19,866 nt of DNA from Armatimonadota bacterium. GTDB lineage: Bacteria; Armatimonadota; UBA5829; DTLH01. Location of the stretch: assembly GCA_039679675.1 (NCBI GenBank), contig JBDKUN010000023.1, forward strand, positions 1 to 19,866, in the 5' to 3' direction. The notes below the pieces were generated by a model. That model did not search any database, was not told where the DNA came from, and saw only the letters and a program-made list of their open reading frames with translations. The translations under genes and the position numbers were made by a program. Numbering within the stretch: the first letter of the stretch is position 1; the number at the start of each line of letters is the position of its first letter. Positions 16,908 to 19,866 of the stretch are shown piece by piece.

Positions 16908-19616
16908 TTAATCCGCCATGTTGGGAGCAATCAGCTTACGCAGTTCAGATGCCCAGAGCACAGTGCTGGATACTACAATAACGAAGAGCCATTCGGATGC
17001 ATTAAGAGGTACTGTTCTAAATAATGTCCGCATAAACGGCAGGTGGATGGCCGCGACCTGGAGCAAAATGCCTGCAAAAAACGCCCAATTGAGCCACTTA
17101 TTAGTAAAAACACCGATTTTGAACACTGATTGTCTCGGTGATCGGACATTCATCGAGTTGAACAACTGAAATATTGCCATTGCCGCGAATGCTATAGTCC
17201 TGGCTTTCAATATTCCCTCGCTTATTAGCTCTGTATAGAAAAGCCAGACCGTACCTATCGCCATTATAACTGCTACAAAGATGAGCCTGTAGATTACCCC
17301 GCGAGATATTATTCTGTCTCTTGGATTGACGGGCGGTTCGGACAATACATCCTCTCTGGGAGGATCGGCGGCAAGCGCCAATGCCGGAAAACTGTCCGTT
17401 ATCAGGTTGACCCACAGTATTTGAACAGGAATGAGCGGAAGTGGAAGCCCCATCAGCACTGTTGTGATAATTATAAGCATTTCACCAGTGTTTGTAGATA
17501 CGAGATATGTCACAACCTTCTTTATGTTGCCGTATACGATACGGCCTTCTTCGACAGCAGCGACGATAGATGCAAAGTTATCATCAGTAAGCACCATATC
17601 GGCTGCTTCTTTCGAGACATCAGTGCCTGTGATACCCATTGCTATGCCTATATCGGCCCGTTTCAACGCCGGGGCATCGTTTACTCCGTCACCGGTCATA
17701 GCTACAACCTGGCCTTTTTTCTTTAGTGCCTTCACAATTCGTAATTTATGATCCGGTTCGACTCTTGCAAAGACATCGATACTGTCTATCCTCTCTGTAA
17801 GCTCATCGTCCGACATTGAAGCAATTTCTCTGCCGTCCACGACGGCACCATGCTCTCTCAATATCCCCATCTGTTCGGCTATCGCACGCGCTGTTATCTT
17901 GTGGTCACCGGTCGCCATCATTACCCTTATCCCGGCGCGTTTACATCTTTCGATTGCCTCAATCGCCTCCGGCCTTGGAGGGTCGATCATCCCGACCAAA
18001 CCTATGAATACCAGCCCTTCACGTAAATCTTCTGCTGTTACATCAGATTTGGTCTTTGGCACCTCCTTGCAGGCAAGTCCCAGCACCCTGAGAGCTTTTG
18101 ATGCATAGTTTCGGTTAATTTGGAGGATCGACTCGCGCCTGTCAGAAGTAAACTCGATATTTTGCCCATTATCGATAATACGGGAGCATAAATTGATTAA
18201 CTTTTCTGTTGCACCTTTAACAAATATATACTGCCTGTCTTCCGAGTCATTAAGAGTCGCCATGTACGCCTGCTCCGAGTTGAACGGTATCTCAGCAATG
18301 CGCGGCATTTTGTTTAAAAGTTCATTTTGATCTATACCGGCTTTAGCTGCAGACGTCAGAAGTGCTCCCTCCGTCGGATCTCCGGAAATGGTACAATCGT
18401 TTTTGCTGCATATAAGCCGCGCATCATTGCACAACACTGCAGCATGAAGCACCAACCTCAGGTCATTATAAATGTCAATGTTAGCAGTCTTGCCATTTAT
18501 AAGGATGTCTCCGCGCGGTTCATATCCTTCACCGGTTATCGTAAACTCCTGCCCCGGTGTGTATATGGCTCTAACTGTCATCTCGTTCTTTGTGAGCGTG
18601 CCTGTTTTGTCCGAACAGATCACGGTCGCGGAGCCGAGCGTCTCGACAGCTGGCAGTACTCTGATCACCGCATGCCTCGATACCATTCGCTGAAGCCCTA
18701 ATGCCAGAACTACTGTGACTACAGCCGGGAGCCCCTCCGGAATTGCCGACACTGCCGATGCGATTGCGAAGAGGAACATCTCGATGAAATTTATACCTCT
18801 TATAATTCCTGATATAAGTATTATCACTGCAAGCGTGAGCGCGATGATAGCCAGTGTTCTTCCAACAGAGCTCAATCTGGTTTGAATAGGTGTCGGTTCA
18901 TGCACGGTGGATGTAACGTTCTCTGCTATCTGGCCAACTACTGTAGAGGTTGCTGTTGCAACCACCAGAGCTTCGCATCTGCCGTATGTGACAGATGTAG
19001 CAGCAAATACCATATTTGTTTGTTCAGCGAGAGGTGTATTCTCTGGTAATGGATGAACGGATTTTTCCACGGGCAGCGATTCACCTGTAAGGGATGCTTC
19101 ATCTGTCTTCAGGTTTGCTGCTTCGATAATCCGTGCATCCGCGGAGATTCTGTCACCGGCGGCCAGCACGATTACATCTCCCGGCACTACATCTGAAGCA
19201 GGAATTTCCTTCCGTTCGCCATCACGGAGCACGATAGCTGTCGGAGCTGAGAGTTGGCGAAGCGCCTCCATGGCTTTTTCTGCTCTGAATTCCTGAATAA
19301 AACCGATGACAGTGTTGATTACAACCACACCAAGGATCACGAAAGCATCTATCAGGTGTCCTACAGCGAAAGAGATCACTGCAGCAACGAGCAGAATATA
19401 TATAAGAGGACTTTTTATCTGCTGCAGGATTATCTGATACGGCGAAATAGCCTGTTCTTCACGGAATTCATTCCTACCGTATTCATCCAATCTGCTTTTA
19501 GCCTCATCAGTGCTGAGACCATTGCGGCTCGAGTTAAGGGCATAAACAGCATCATCAACTTCAAGAGAGTGCCACCTAATACGTTCAGTAGCTATAGAGC
19601 TTGCTTGGTCTTCCAT
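16908..19616 (-). CDS. Cation-transporting P-type ATPase, PIIA (SERCA-like Ca2+ ATPase, PacL/YloB type)
   Basis: [25 protein letters not shown] (M4), CSDKTGTLT (phospho-Asp), [30 protein letters not shown] (M5) and [10 protein letters not shown] (M6). Confidence 0.95.
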   Translation of the reverse strand: MEDQASSIATERIRWHSLEVDDAVYALNSSRNGLSTDEAKSRLDEYGRNEFREEQAISPYQIILQQIKSPLIYILLVAAVISFAVGHLIDAFVILGVVVINTVIGFIQEFRAEKAMEALRQLSAPTAIVLRDGERKEIPASDVVPGDVIVLAAGDRISADARIIEAANLKTDEASLTGESLPVEKSVHPLPENTPLAEQTNMVFAATSVTYGRCEALVVATATSTVVGQIAENVTSTVHEPTPIQTRLSSVGRTLAIIALTLAVIILISGIIRGINFIEMFLFAIASAVSAIPEGLPAVVTVVLALGLQRMVSRHAVIRVLPAVETLGSATVICSDKTGTLTKNEMTVRAIYTPGQEFTITGEGYEPRGDILINGKTANIDIYNDLRLVLHAAVLCNDARLICSKNDCTISGDPTEGALLTSAAKAGIDQNELLNKMPRIAEIPFNSEQAYMATLNDSEDRQYIFVKGATEKLINLCSRIIDNGQNIEFTSDRRESILQINRNYASKALRVLGLACKEVPKTKSDVTAEDLREGLVFIGLVGMIDPPRPEAIEAIERCKRAGIRVMMATGDHKITARAIAEQMGILREHGAVVDGREIASMSDDELTERIDSIDVFARVEPDHKLRIVKALKKKGQVVAMTGDGVNDAPALKRADIGIAMGITGTDVSKEAADMVLTDDNFASIVAAVEEGRIVYGNIKKVVTYLVSTNTGEMLIIITTVLMGLPLPLIPVQILWVNLITDSFPALALAADPPREDVLSEPPVNPRDRIISRGVIYRLIFVAVIMAIGTVWLFYTELISEGILKARTIAFAAMAIFQLFNSMNVRSPRQSVFKIGVFTNKWLNWAFFAGILLQVAAIHLPFMRTLFRTVPLNASEWLFVIVVSSTVLWASELRKLIAPNMAD

Positions 19617-19737
19617 CTTCTTTACCTAACGATCGGTCGTTAGGTATTAGTTACCCTGCAATGGAAGCAGCTACGCGAGGGTAAATGGGATGAAATTGTC
19701 AGAAGTACAAAAAAAAGAATCTATTGAAGCATGTGAG

Positions 19738-19866
19738 TACTAAGTAGCCTCCGCTAGATGTAGTCTGTTGCCTCCAATAATGCTGAGCACTCGCCAGGGA
19801 GCACCTATCAACGAATCAAAAGTGCTACGTGCAGCATCCTTGAGGTCGTTAAGAGTCTCAAATCTG
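19738..19866 (-). mobile_element. Probable right end of an IS630-family element
   Basis: The transposase-like tail stops at ...GGCTACTTAG, immediately followed by TA, consistent with IS630 ends and TA target duplication. It sits at the window edge. Confidence 0.45.
19740..19865 (-). CDS. C-terminal 41 residues of a gene entering from the right edge, probably an IS630-family transposase
   Basis: Open frame RFETLNDLKDAARSTFDSLIGAPWRVLSIIGGNRLHLAEAT* (not in the ORF track). It resembles the F.sl.eL..a....f..l tail that follows the DDE domain of IS630 transposases. Confidence 0.5.
   Translation of the reverse strand, partial: RFETLNDLKDAARSTFDSLIGAPWRVLSIIGGNRLHLAEAT

Noticed and set aside
1..19866. 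CRISPR array, integron attC array, or composite transposon spanning the window
   Set aside because: No regularly spaced repeat-spacer series or RYYYAAC/GTTRRRY cassette boundaries were seen. The two terminal IS fragments belong to different families and enclose housekeeping genes (cysS, cysE).

Overview
Bacterial window of 19.9 kb, probably a whole contig, since both ends break inside apparent insertion sequences. The left end (1-127) looks like the left end and tnpA start of an IS200-type element, and the right end (19738-19866) looks like the 3' end of an IS630-like transposase. An AT-rich two-gene accessory cassette (224-2543) encodes an alpha-order N4-cytosine-type DNA methyltransferase, with an unexplained ~145-aa N-terminal extension ending in a WWWYLD motif, overlapping a small putative PD-(D/E)XK nuclease. 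This is a candidate uncharacterised Type II R-M/defence system, followed by a REP/MITE-like palindrome. The rest is mostly housekeeping and carbohydrate metabolism: a GH129 (DUF5696-like) glycosidase, a TPR membrane protein, a secreted TPR-thioredoxin with an atypical WCSTH (CxxH) site, cysE-cysS, a GH130 mannoside phosphorylase, a secreted DUF5060/GH-A/DUF11-type glycoside hydrolase, an M29 aminopeptidase, an orphan soluble 4-PAS histidine kinase and a PIIA Ca2+-type P-ATPase. No rRNA, intact tRNA or CRISPR array was seen. All calls rest on motif recognition by eye; no database searches were run.
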